DNA from: an uncultured Bdellovibrio sp.
Lineage (GTDB): Bacteria; Bdellovibrionota; Bdellovibrionia; Bdellovibrionales; Bdellovibrionaceae
Direction: 5' to 3'
Assembly (NCBI GenBank): GCA_963932905.1
Contig: CAWVRN010000002.1
Span: 128,001 to 192,000, forward strand
DNA: 64,000 nt
Of the stretch, positions 10,067-19,647 are shown in pieces. The translations under genes and the position numbers were made by a program. Numbering within the stretch: the stretch's first letter is position 1; every line of letters starts with the position of its first letter. A model generated the notes under the pieces. That model was given only the letters and a program-made list of their open reading frames with translations. It was not told the origin of the DNA and ran no database searches.

Positions 10067-11950
10067 ATGTGTGGAATAGTTGGGTATTTAGGCCCTTTGA
10101 ATCCTAAAGACGTGATTATGCAGGGTTTGAAAAAGTTAGAGTATCGTGGATACGACAGCGCCGGTTTAGCTATCATTCAGGATGGTCATACTAAGCTCAT
10201 CAGAGCTATGGGTAAATTGCAGGCTTTGGATGATAAAATTAAAAATGAAACTTGGACTGGAAATGTGGGCATTGGCCACACTCGCTGGGCGACCCATGGT
10301 GTTCCGTCAGAGCGTAATGCGCATCCTCACAAAGCGCGTGGTATTACTTTGGTTCATAACGGTATTATTGAAAATTATCATGAAATCAAAGAACAACTTC
10401 TGGCTCGAGGCGCACAAATCGCATCGGACACTGATTCAGAATTGGTGGCGCACTTAATTGCCGAAGAGTTTGAAAAGGTAAAAGATTTAAAATCAGCGGT
10501 GGAACGTGTGTTGCCTCAGTTGAAAGGTGCTTTCTCGATTGTGGTTCTTTGCGAACAAAGTCCTAATGAATTGATCGCATTTAAAGATGGTCCACCGTTA
10601 GTGGTTGGCCTTGGCAAAGGTGAAAACTTTGTTGCCAGTGACGTTCAAGCATTAATCAAATACACAAACGAATTTATTTATTTAAATGATCGTGAAATCG
10701 TAAAACTTCAGCCGAATAAAGTTCAGTTGTTTTCGTCTCATGGTGTAGCTATCGATCGTAAATCGGTCACATTAAATTGGAATGCCGAGCTTACAGAAAA
10801 ACAAGGTTTTGCGCACTTCATGCTTAAAGAAATTCATGAACAACCTAGAACCGTGGCGGCTGCAGTTAACAATCATCTGGTTGAAAATTCGGTACGCCTC
10901 AACCGCATTGGTTTTAAAGATGCTAACTACTTTGAAAATCGGGAAACTCTTGATGTCGAGAAAGACTGGCAGAATACACAAAGGGTTCTTCAAGGCGTTG
11001 AGCGTGTTTTTATTATCGCCTGTGGAACTAGTTTCTACGCAGGTAACGTAGCGAAATATTTCTTAGAGAAAATTGCACAGATTCCAGTTGAAATCGATAT
11101 CGCGAGTGAATTCCGTTATCGCGATCCTGTAATTCCCAAAAATACGTTAGTGATGACAATTTCTCAAAGTGGTGAAACTGCAGATACTTTAGCAGCGATT
11201 CGTTTAGCGAAAGAAAAAGGTGCTTTGACGCTATCTCTATGTAACGTGAAAAACTCGTCAATCGATCGCGTGGCTGATGGTCACTTATACATGAATGCGG
11301 GGCCAGAGATCGGTGTTGCCAGTACGAAAGCGTTTACAGCAACGTTAGCGATCCTAAACGTATTTGCGTTGGGTTTCGGTAAAATTAGAAACACATTACC
11401 GGTAAATGAAGAGCAAGAATTGGTGGCTAGCCTTCGCGCTCTGCCAAGTAAAATGGAAGTTGTATTGTCCTACGACAAATACTTCCATGCATCGGCAAAC
11501 ACTTTAAAAGACTTCAAAGGCTTCTTATTCATGGGTCGTGGTACAAGCTATCCAATCGCAATGGAAGGCGCGCTAAAGCTTAAAGAGCTAGCCTATTTCC
11601 ATGCGGAAGGTTATGCTGCGGGCGAAATGAAACACGGTCCTATCGCACTTATTGATGAGCGTATGGCGATCGTAATGGTGGCGCCTCGAGATAATTATTT
11701 TGAAAAAACGGTCAGTAATATCGAAGAAGTCAAAGCTCGTGGTGGCCACATTATATCTTTAGGTTCTGGTGATGATCAGGCGTTAAAGCGTATCAGTAAT
11801 CAATATCTACCCATCCCAGTTTCCGACTGGTTAACTAATCCAATCCTATTCGTAGTGCCGTTGCAATTGATGGCCTACCATTTGTCTTCAGCGCTGGGCT
11901 ACGACGTGGATCAACCACGTAATCTGGCTAAATCGGTGACAGTGGAATAA
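10067..11950 (+). CDS. glmS: Glutamine-fructose-6-phosphate transaminase
   Basis: MCGIVG, LEYRGYDSAG, GHTRWATHG, C-terminal PRNLAKSVTVE. Confidence 0.99.
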   Translation: MCGIVGYLGPLNPKDVIMQGLKKLEYRGYDSAGLAIIQDGHTKLIRAMGKLQALDDKIKNETWTGNVGIGHTRWATHGVPSERNAHPHKARGITLVHNGIIENYHEIKEQLLARGAQIASDTDSELVAHLIAEEFEKVKDLKSAVERVLPQLKGAFSIVVLCEQSPNELIAFKDGPPLVVGLGKGENFVASDVQALIKYTNEFIYLNDREIVKLQPNKVQLFSSHGVAIDRKSVTLNWNAELTEKQGFAHFMLKEIHEQPRTVAAAVNNHLVENSVRLNRIGFKDANYFENRETLDVEKDWQNTQRVLQGVERVFIIACGTSFYAGNVAKYFLEKIAQIPVEIDIASEFRYRDPVIPKNTLVMTISQSGETADTLAAIRLAKEKGALTLSLCNVKNSSIDRVADGHLYMNAGPEIGVASTKAFTATLAILNVFALGFGKIRNTLPVNEEQELVASLRALPSKMEVVLSYDKYFHASANTLKDFKGFLFMGRGTSYPIAMEGALKLKELAYFHAEGYAAGEMKHGPIALIDERMAIVMVAPRDNYFEKTVSNIEEVKARGGHIISLGSGDDQALKRISNQYLPIPVSDWLTNPILFVVPLQLMAYHLSSALGYDVDQPRNLAKSVTVE

Positions 11951-11956
11951 GAATAT

Positions 11957-13300
11957 TTAGTTCGTAGCTAGGTAGTGAAAGTAAGCTTTCGTTTTTTCTA
12001 CATACTCAACGGTTTCGTTGCCACGAGCGTGTCCCCATTTTGTATTTTTATAATATTCATTTTCAGCCAGCTTAGGAAGAATTGTCTTAAGCTGGTTCCA
12101 GTGATACGGATTTTTTCCGAACGATTCAGATAAAACAAACGCATCTTGTAGGTGCCCAATTCCGATATTGTAGGCCGCCAGCGCCAAGATCACGCGATCA
12201 TTATAAGAAATTTCTTTTGGAAAAAATTGAATCAGTTTTTTTAAATAACGAGCGCCACCTAAAATATTTTCCTCAGGATCATGGATGTCTTCAATTCCTA
12301 AATATTCGGCCGTGGATTGTGTGATCTGCATTAAGCCTTTAACGCCCGTAAAACTACGCGCCGTTGGGTCCCAGTGCGATTCCTGATAGCAAACCGCCGC
12401 AATTAATTGCCATGGCAATCCGTATTTGATGCCAGCGCGCTTAAAATACGTGATGTACTCGGGCAATCTAGATTTAGTACGTAGTTTGAAGATTTCAATA
12501 TCAGATTGAGTTAACTCCTCAGAGTAAATTCGATATTGTTCGTAAATTTTTTGAACGCGCCCTTCGCGTGAAGCTTTTTGAAACCAGCTGCGCATCAACG
12601 GATTTAGGAAATCTTGGTCTTCTGCAATCATCCAGTTCAAAGAAAAATTGTCTTTTAATTTGAATTTAAATTCCAAACTGCTGAAGTCTTTTAAATGGAA
12701 AACACCTTCGTTACTATTTGTGATCAGGCAATCGGCGTGGCTTTCAGCAATTTCCGAAAAAGCGCGCGCGGTTGAACCATTTAGCCAAACTTGAATGCGT
12801 GCATTCGGAACGCTCTTCACAAGCTCCTGGTGGGATACAACGTTCTTATTGCGATCGAAGGAAATGATATCAAGGCCATTTAAGTCTGTTTCTGACTGAG
12901 CCTCTACGCGTTTGCGACAGAATACAGATAAGGATGCCGATTCATAATCCGGACCGATCACTTCCGAATGGCTTTCCGCAAAAGCGCGTGGGAAGCGGCC
13001 AGCAGCAATATGGCCTTCGCCGCGTTTGTAAGCGGCAATCAAATCGTCTTCATTGCGGTAGGCTTTGAATTCTACTTTTTTGCCATAAGATTTAGCAAAG
13101 TCGGAGATCAGATCGTGGTCGATACCTTGGCTGATTTGTTTGGTTTTAGAAGAATAAGAAAGGGGATGCCTTAAAATAAGAACTTTAAGCGCAGGTAATT
13201 CCTGCAGCTTAAGAGCTTGTCGATCTGAATAATATCTTGGACCTTCACAATGAATTAAGCAAAGCAGAGGTAGAACCAAGAGTGTCCGAAAAAAAGGCAT
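11957..13300 (-). CDS. mltF: Membrane-bound lytic murein transglycosylase F-like (substrate-binding domain + SLT)
   Basis: YQESHW..A.SFTGVKGLMQ, LAAYNIG, ARG.ETV.YV; N-terminal SBP-like domain. Confidence 0.88.
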   Translation of the reverse strand: MPFFRTLLVLPLLCLIHCEGPRYYSDRQALKLQELPALKVLILRHPLSYSSKTKQISQGIDHDLISDFAKSYGKKVEFKAYRNEDDLIAAYKRGEGHIAAGRFPRAFAESHSEVIGPDYESASLSVFCRKRVEAQSETDLNGLDIISFDRNKNVVSHQELVKSVPNARIQVWLNGSTARAFSEIAESHADCLITNSNEGVFHLKDFSSLEFKFKLKDNFSLNWMIAEDQDFLNPLMRSWFQKASREGRVQKIYEQYRIYSEELTQSDIEIFKLRTKSRLPEYITYFKRAGIKYGLPWQLIAAVCYQESHWDPTARSFTGVKGLMQITQSTAEYLGIEDIHDPEENILGGARYLKKLIQFFPKEISYNDRVILALAAYNIGIGHLQDAFVLSESFGKNPYHWNQLKTILPKLAENEYYKNTKWGHARGNETVEYVEKTKAYFHYLATN

Positions 13301-13460
13301 AGGGTCGCTTGTTAATCCAGAGACTCTAAGGGTTCAAGTCAGATGACGTTATTTGTTTCACCAGCTCCAAATAAAGACAGGCTTAACGTGCGCGTCAAAA
13401 AAAATTACATGATATCGTAACATTTTTTCAATACTCTCTTCCTGTTTTCGAGGGGAAAAA

Positions 13461-14075
13461 ATGTCAGAGTTTTCATATTTTCAAACAAGGGGATGGATCG
13501 AAGTCGTTGTCGGATCCATGTATAGCGGTAAAACTGAAGAACTTATTCGTCGTGTGCGCCGAGCTCAATTTGCCAAACTTCAGGTTCAAGTTTTCAAGCC
13601 GGTCATCGACAATCGTTACCGAGCCAAAGAAGTTACGTCTCATAATCAAAACACCGTCGATGCAATGCCTTTGAATAACATCGAAGAAATCTGGGATCAT
13701 TTGAATCCAAAAACTCGCGTCGTCGGAATTGATGAAGGTCAGTTCTTTAGCGCCGAGATTGTAAATATTGTTCAAGATCTTGCCGATCGCGGTCTGCGTG
13801 TGATTATCGCGGGACTTGACACAGACTGGAAAGGTCAACCATTTGAACCAATGCCTACACTGATGGCCATTGCAGAGAATGTGACCAAGCAACACGCTGT
13901 TTGCATGCGTTGTGGAGCTCCAGCAAGTCGTACTCAAAAAATCGCTGGTGGAAATTCGCAGATCGAAGTGGGTGCAACGGAATCTTACGAAGCTCGTTGC
14001 CGTGAGCACTTTGTTCCACGAGTAGATTCACGTCATGAAGATAAGTCTGAGCAAATGACTGAAGCCAACCCTTAA
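13461..14075 (+). CDS. tdk: Thymidine kinase
   Basis: [18 protein letters not shown], CxxC, YEARCR. Confidence 0.97.
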   Translation: MSEFSYFQTRGWIEVVVGSMYSGKTEELIRRVRRAQFAKLQVQVFKPVIDNRYRAKEVTSHNQNTVDAMPLNNIEEIWDHLNPKTRVVGIDEGQFFSAEIVNIVQDLADRGLRVIIAGLDTDWKGQPFEPMPTLMAIAENVTKQHAVCMRCGAPASRTQKIAGGNSQIEVGATESYEARCREHFVPRVDSRHEDKSEQMTEANP

Positions 14076-14077
14076 CT

Positions 14078-14944
14078 CTAAGGGTTGCACCAATCACAAA
14101 CGGAGTAGATTCTGTTATCTAACGTGTTGTAGTAGACCTGTGTCTTTTTATAAGGGGCTGTGCAGGTCGGGTTAAACTTGTAACCTTGATTATCGGTCCG
14201 GCAGTAAAAATCAGGATTGCAGCGGTGATCAACCGACGAGAACAATCCATCATACGCGTAACCACGCGATTCGCAGGCCTCAGCTTCAGATGTTTCACCA
14301 TGGCAGGCCATAATTTTTCCAGCCGCCGTGGTTTTAATGAAAACGCGGATTTTGTTTTTTTGGTTTTCTGGGTTCCATAAAAAATTCATTGAACTAGAAC
14401 TGTTATGAATGAGCTTAATTTCTGCCAAGTATTTATTTAAAGTGACGTACTCCGGGTCAACTGTCCAAGGTGTTGGCCATGCGGCCGATGAAGCGATCCG
14501 AACAGGCACATGGGGATTGGCTCCTTCGGGCGCACGGCTCACTAAACTTCCATTTTTAAAGCTGCTAGGAACATTCAATATTTTCAATTCGACTCTGGTT
14601 ATTGCAATCTTATTGTCAAAAACGTAACCACTTGTGATCACACCACTAGAGCCACCTGCAAGGATATAACTCAAATTCACATTTGAAACGCTATTGATCG
14701 CTGTCGTTACAGTGTTTTGCCCCTGACCTAAAATAGTCGGGCAGATTGCTGGATCATTCATCGCTTGCCGTAGTGATTTTACTAAAAGGCGCATACTTAA
14801 TTCTGAGGTACTTTGCGCCTTTAGTTTGTTCCCTACTTGTAATATGTCGATTATACTAAACGACAGCATTGCGAAAACTGCCGACAGCGTAAGAGCTATC
14901 GCTAAGGCGGATCCGCGATTATTAGTTACAGCGAATACAGACAT
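14078..14944 (-). CDS. Prepilin-like (PilX/GspK-type, no Glu5) protein with Cys-rich C-terminus
   Basis: NNRG|SALAIALTLSAVFAML class III signal-like N-terminus; Cys-rich tail; last gene of a three-gene run. Confidence 0.7.
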   Translation of the reverse strand: MSVFAVTNNRGSALAIALTLSAVFAMLSFSIIDILQVGNKLKAQSTSELSMRLLVKSLRQAMNDPAICPTILGQGQNTVTTAINSVSNVNLSYILAGGSSGVITSGYVFDNKIAITRVELKILNVPSSFKNGSLVSRAPEGANPHVPVRIASSAAWPTPWTVDPEYVTLNKYLAEIKLIHNSSSSMNFLWNPENQKNKIRVFIKTTAAGKIMACHGETSEAEACESRGYAYDGLFSSVDHRCNPDFYCRTDNQGYKFNPTCTAPYKKTQVYYNTLDNRIYSVCDWCNP

Positions 14945-15764
14945 AGTAATCTATCCAATCATAAATAGGGGCTTCACATTTTTTTCCGCAACTATAGTTG
15001 CGAAACCAGCGATGTGGTGATTCGCCTACTTTTTGTGTCGTTGAGCCAGCAGGGCAGGTCGTAGCACCCGTGACCTGGTTGGGAACGTCACTATAGAAAA
15101 ACCCGTGACCCATGGGCTCAGCACGAGCCACTTGATAGCTGCCTCCAATAATACAGTTCACATTGGTCAGACATTTTCCCGTTCCGGCATCGTATTGGCT
15201 GCCATTTAACGTACACGCTTGTTCACCTGTAAGTTCTGACAAGCAGTAACGGATAATATTGCCGCCATCGACAAGCACGGGAAGTTCTAAAACCCGCTTA
15301 CGTTGAGCGCGATCACTATTATTAGGTACGGTGACTTCAGTTTCGATTTCTATTTGCGCGATTTTTTTTGTTAGGGCTTGTGCGTTGTAATTATAACTCG
15401 TGGCTGGGGAACCAGGCTTGGTTCCCATCGTTAGTTTCTCGATACGAAGATTATTATTTATAACGAGTCCAACCTTGATGGGTGTCGACGAAAAAATGCC
15501 AAAGCCTTGGTAGCCATTTAATTCCAAGTCGGTTTGAGCGGCCGTAAGAGGTTTCGTTACAAAAGATGATTTGCAAGCAGCTTGGGTGTAAATCCAATCA
15601 GATAGCGAAGATACTACTTCAATACTTTCTGTACCGGCCTTTTGAGCGATGGTACTGGATTTGGCAACCATAGAAACGTAGCCGATACCGATAGCGACCA
15701 CCGCAGCGATACCGATTGCAATTAAAGTTTCAACTAATGTCATACCTTTATTATTCAATAGCAC
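14922..15764 (-). CDS. Type IV prepilin-like protein with Cys-rich C-terminal adhesin-like domain
   Basis: NNKG|MTLVETLIAIG N-methylation motif with Glu5; GGSYQ...NQVTGATTCPAG. Confidence 0.85.
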   Translation of the reverse strand: MLLNNKGMTLVETLIAIGIAAVVAIGIGYVSMVAKSSTIAQKAGTESIEVVSSLSDWIYTQAACKSSFVTKPLTAAQTDLELNGYQGFGIFSSTPIKVGLVINNNLRIEKLTMGTKPGSPATSYNYNAQALTKKIAQIEIETEVTVPNNSDRAQRKRVLELPVLVDGGNIIRYCLSELTGEQACTLNGSQYDAGTGKCLTNVNCIIGGSYQVARAEPMGHGFFYSDVPNQVTGATTCPAGSTTQKVGESPHRWFRNYSCGKKCEAPIYDWIDYYVCIRCN

Positions 15765-16711
15765 CTCATGCAGCTGTAATATTCTTCTGTGTAGCCATCT
15801 TGAATATCGGCTTCAGAAACTTTAGTTGGTATCACACCTGGTGGGCAGGATTGAGCACCAGTAACAGGGTTGATGGCTTTGGCTATATCACCTTGCAAGA
15901 TAAATTTATTGCAAGGCGCAGAACCCATCGACCCCGAACACGTATACTGAATAAAATAACCTGAATTTTCGCAAAAGCCTACGGGAGTGCAGGTTCCTAA
16001 CGCTTCGTCGAAGTGGCCACCTTGAATGCGACAGGATTCGCGTAAAGAAATTTCCGGTATGCAGCCATAGATTCGGCTTCCCACGGTTTCTACTAATGTT
16101 TCAAAAAAAACTTCACGAGTTGGGCGATAGGTGAACGTGCCATTGACATTCGCTGCTTGCACATCCAGTTTCAATCTGATTTGCAAAGCCCTTCGAACTG
16201 TTTGACTAGCATCGAGTTTTAAAAACTGATCGCCTTGTGAAACTGATGTTAATTTGCGAAGGCGAGCCTGAAGACCATCAGCGGGAGCGATTCTTAAATC
16301 ACGTGAAAGTTGTACTCCATTTTGTAAACTGTTTGAACCGGAAACATTGAATGTTCCTGGTCCTGCGTATTTCCAATCCGTACCATCAGTATTTACGGGA
16401 ATTGAAATATTGACTCCATTCCAAACGCCTGCGGTAGCCTCTTCCGGAAGATCTACTCCATAAAACGTTCGTGTGCACGAACTGGCAGGGTTATAGTTGG
16501 CGTTGAATCCTGCGATATTAAAAGTCTTTGAACTTCGCAGCCAAGTGCTAAGGGCAGAAACGTAATCAGAGGCCCCGACTTCGGCCTCTGTGAGCCGACG
16601 TAAATTAATGAAGCCAGTTAACATAGATGAAGCAATGAGTGTAATAAAGGACACCAGTCCAATGGCAATAATTATTTCAACCAAAGTAAAGCCTTTCTCA
16701 TTTCGTTTCAT
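15755..16711 (-). CDS. Type IV prepilin-like protein with Cys-rich C-terminal adhesin-like domain
   Basis: NEKG|FTLVEIIIAIG motif; NPVTGAQSCPPG. Confidence 0.87.
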   Translation of the reverse strand: MKRNEKGFTLVEIIIAIGLVSFITLIASSMLTGFINLRRLTEAEVGASDYVSALSTWLRSSKTFNIAGFNANYNPASSCTRTFYGVDLPEEATAGVWNGVNISIPVNTDGTDWKYAGPGTFNVSGSNSLQNGVQLSRDLRIAPADGLQARLRKLTSVSQGDQFLKLDASQTVRRALQIRLKLDVQAANVNGTFTYRPTREVFFETLVETVGSRIYGCIPEISLRESCRIQGGHFDEALGTCTPVGFCENSGYFIQYTCSGSMGSAPCNKFILQGDIAKAINPVTGAQSCPPGVIPTKVSEADIQDGYTEEYYSCMRCY

Positions 16712-16725
16712 ATCTGAGTTCTAGT

Positions 16726-16753
16726 TTGACTTAGAAAAATGGTTTTGTATAGT
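16726..16753 (+). promoter_or_regulatory. Putative sigma-70 promoter of the 16764-21445 operon
   Basis: TTGACT-N16-TATAGT, ending 10 nt before ATG 16764. Confidence 0.55.
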
Positions 16754-16763
16754 TGATAGATAT

Positions 16764-17501
16764 ATGAGCGACCGAAAGAATTATTATCTTTTTGCGGGTT
16801 TGATTATTGTCGTTGTTGTCATTTTTATTTCCCGTAATAAACCGTCTCAAATTGAAATTCCTAACGGGAATGTACCTACTATTCAGAAACCAGATAAAGT
16901 CAATTCATCGAATGAAACACCAGTGGTTGCTAAAGCTATTGAGCCGGTTCAACGAGCGGCTCAAATGCAAGCTATTCAGCAAAAAGCATCTGCTAACGAA
17001 CAGCTAAAAAAACAGGTAGAGGATAAAAACATAGCCATTAAAAAGAGCTTTGGAGAAGAGGCGTTTCTTCAATATACCACTAGTTCGAAATATAATTTTC
17101 TACCTAAAGATTTAGATGATGGAATGGCCGGTATTGTGGGAAGAGCCGGTACACCTAAAGAGTTTGTCGCTATTGTTGCTCGTCGGGGAGAAACATCTGA
17201 AAAAGAAATCAGAGAGTTTTTACCGGAGTTGTCGAAACAATTTCCAGAAATTTCGCCAGAAATGGTGAGCTCGCAAGTCATCAGGTCTCCGATGCCGACA
17301 GAGAAAGATTCAAATTTGAAAGAAGGTATGTGGATGGTTTTGCGACACAAAGATTTACAATTGTATATTTTTAGAGCGAACCGCATCGATGGTAAGGGCA
17401 GCTATATGATTGTAAGCCAAGGCAATACGATAGCTAACCCCGCACTAGTTCAAGATTTGCAAGATACAATTAGGTCGCTAAAAGCTGTTCCAGCTAAATG
17501 A
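16764..17501 (+). CDS. Hypothetical bitopic membrane protein
   Basis: N-terminal TM (LFAGLIIVVVVIFI), linker, soluble domain; ATGA overlap with the next gene. Confidence 0.75.
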   Translation: MSDRKNYYLFAGLIIVVVVIFISRNKPSQIEIPNGNVPTIQKPDKVNSSNETPVVAKAIEPVQRAAQMQAIQQKASANEQLKKQVEDKNIAIKKSFGEEAFLQYTTSSKYNFLPKDLDDGMAGIVGRAGTPKEFVAIVARRGETSEKEIREFLPELSKQFPEISPEMVSSQVIRSPMPTEKDSNLKEGMWMVLRHKDLQLYIFRANRIDGKGSYMIVSQGNTIANPALVQDLQDTIRSLKAVPAK

Positions 17502-18055
17502 CAAAGAGGCGCTTCCTACTTTCTTTCTTATTCTCTTTCAACGGAATGATGTATGAACTTATGTTGTCACAGAATCTGAGTGCCGCCTTAGGTGGGACTT
17601 TGTTCAGGTATTTTATTACGGTAGGCTTATTTACACTTTGTTTAGGGGTGTCTTCCCTAGGTTTTGACTACTTTCCTGAAAAATTCAAATCGATTTCTTA
17701 TTTATTCAAAATTAATATAGGATTTATTTGTGGCCTTTTCGTTTTGCCATTCTACTTTTGCTTCCTTGAGTGGCTATTAAACAGAGATACATTTTCCTAT
17801 GCGGTATTCCAGTATCTTTATCATGTTCCTCTAATTGTCATAGCTCTTGTTACTGGTTTTGAAATTCCTTATCTTTTTCACGGACAAGCTGACGATAGAA
17901 AATCACAGATATTAGCTTTCGATTATGGTGGTATGTTTGTGGCCTGCCTTGCATTCCCATTGCTGTTTATTGAAAATTTAGGATTATTTGGTTCATACGC
18001 CGTAGTTTTATGTTTGCAGATACTAACGGTGTGGCTGCTTAAGGCGGTTGTATGA
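17498..18055 (+). CDS. Stand-alone membrane domain of the MFS-like/spermidine-synthase-fusion type
   Basis: About six TMs; G..YEL..SQ..S..LGG, G.EIP, A.DY.G motifs parallel the N-terminus of the next gene. Confidence 0.75.
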   Translation: MTKRRFLLSFLFSFNGMMYELMLSQNLSAALGGTLFRYFITVGLFTLCLGVSSLGFDYFPEKFKSISYLFKINIGFICGLFVLPFYFCFLEWLLNRDTFSYAVFQYLYHVPLIVIALVTGFEIPYLFHGQADDRKSQILAFDYGGMFVACLAFPLLFIENLGLFGSYAVVLCLQILTVWLLKAVV

Positions 18056-19647
18056 AAATTTATTTTGGTTTCATCGCCTTGTTGTTATCGTTTTGTAGCT
18101 TGAGCTATCAATTTTTGATGGTGAAAATGATTGTTCCGTTCGTGCAAAACGAAGTTCTTTGCCAATCTGTTACTTTGGGATTTTTTCTTTTGGCTATGGG
18201 GCTAGGTAGTTATGTAGCACCCAATTTATACAAATCAGGAGGACTCTTCGGCCGCTTAGTAAAAGTTGAAATTTGTATCAGTTTAGTGGCGCTGTTTATG
18301 AGTTTTATGGTTTATGCGCTTCAACTTACAATTCAACTTTACGTTAGTGAGCGATCGGGATTTGGGCCTTTGGGTAAGACACTCGTGTTTCAATTCTTCA
18401 CGGTGCTGTTAGGTTTCTTAACAGGATTGGAAACGCCCTATTTGTTTTATTCGGCCAAAAGTAAAAGTGTGGATGTAAGTTTTAATTTTTTACTGGCGTT
18501 TAATTATCTAGGTGCCGTGATAAGCGCATTTACAACGAGTTTTGTTTTTAGTCGTCTTTTCTCTCCGTCGGCAGCTTTGATATTCATTGCTTTGATTAAT
18601 ATCTGCGTAGGTGTATTAATGGTCTTCACCGAATTTAAAGCTTGGCGACATCGTATTCTATCTGTTGTCACATTTGCTGCGCTAGTGCCGTTTTCTTCTT
18701 TGGCACTTCATAGTAATCTGCTTCTAGAGCAGATGTTTCTTAAGGCGTTCTATTACGATTTTAAGTTAGAGAGTTTTTCATTATTTGATTTCGAACAGCA
18801 TTTAAAATTTTCTCAGGATCTACAGAACGTGCAGCGGATATACACTCCTTATCAAATTATCGATATTTTGCCGGCACAGACTCGATTTGCAGAGTATCTA
18901 AATAGTGAATGGTCGCTGTACTTGGATCATCAACCACAATTTACAAAGGATTCGTCGTCTTTGTATCACGAAACTATGGTGTTTGGCGCGGTGAATTTGA
19001 ATAAAACAAAACCTGCTAGTATTCTTATTCTGGGTGGTGGGGATGGATTGGTGGCGCGTGAATTACTTAAGTTTAATTTCGTGAGGACTATAGAACTGGT
19101 GGAGCTTGATGAGGTTATGCTCAACTTAGCTAATTCAGATTCAAGGTTTACGGATTTAAACCATTATTCGTTATCTGACCCCAGAGTTTCGGTTATAATC
19201 GATGATGCTTACAAATACATAAAACTGAGTAAAAAAAAGTATGACGCCGTTTTTATAGATTTCCCTTTTCCAGTTAATTTTGAATTAAGCCGTTTATATA
19301 GTAAAGAGTTCTATCAACAAGTGGAAAGACTATTAGTCGAAGATGGTTTTATTGCTTTGGATTTGCCTTTGAAATATCGAACAGAAGCTGCGGATGCTCC
19401 TCAAATGGCAATTTCACGTACTGTCTATCAATCGGGATTTAAAAATATGCTTTTGTTTGGCCCGTTGAATCCATTTCTTTTCGCAAACAAAAAGGACCAA
19501 GCGCTAGAGTTTGACTATGAGGAAATTAAAAAAGACGTTTCAGCAAGAACGTTAATGAATTTGATCCCAGCTAACGAGTTTGATTTGGACCACGTGAAAA
19601 AAGATGGACCTATCAACAGTATATATAAGCCAATGGTGTTCCGATGA
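18052..19647 (+). CDS. Membrane-fused spermidine synthase-like (aminopropyltransferase fold) protein
   Basis: About seven TMs, then TPYQII, LYLD..PQF, YHE, ILILGGGDG, VELD, DDAY, IDFPFP, LYS.EFY. Confidence 0.87.
   Translation: MKIYFGFIALLLSFCSLSYQFLMVKMIVPFVQNEVLCQSVTLGFFLLAMGLGSYVAPNLYKSGGLFGRLVKVEICISLVALFMSFMVYALQLTIQLYVSERSGFGPLGKTLVFQFFTVLLGFLTGLETPYLFYSAKSKSVDVSFNFLLAFNYLGAVISAFTTSFVFSRLFSPSAALIFIALINICVGVLMVFTEFKAWRHRILSVVTFAALVPFSSLALHSNLLLEQMFLKAFYYDFKLESFSLFDFEQHLKFSQDLQNVQRIYTPYQIIDILPAQTRFAEYLNSEWSLYLDHQPQFTKDSSSLYHETMVFGAVNLNKTKPASILILGGGDGLVARELLKFNFVRTIELVELDEVMLNLANSDSRFTDLNHYSLSDPRVSVIIDDAYKYIKLSKKKYDAVFIDFPFPVNFELSRLYSKEFYQQVERLLVEDGFIALDLPLKYRTEAADAPQMAISRTVYQSGFKNMLLFGPLNPFLFANKKDQALEFDYEEIKKDVSARTLMNLIPANEFDLDHVKKDGPINSIYKPMVFR

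Noticed and set aside
13473..14009. 178-aa antisense ORF
   Set aside because: Lies wholly opposite tdk and has no protein-like motif.
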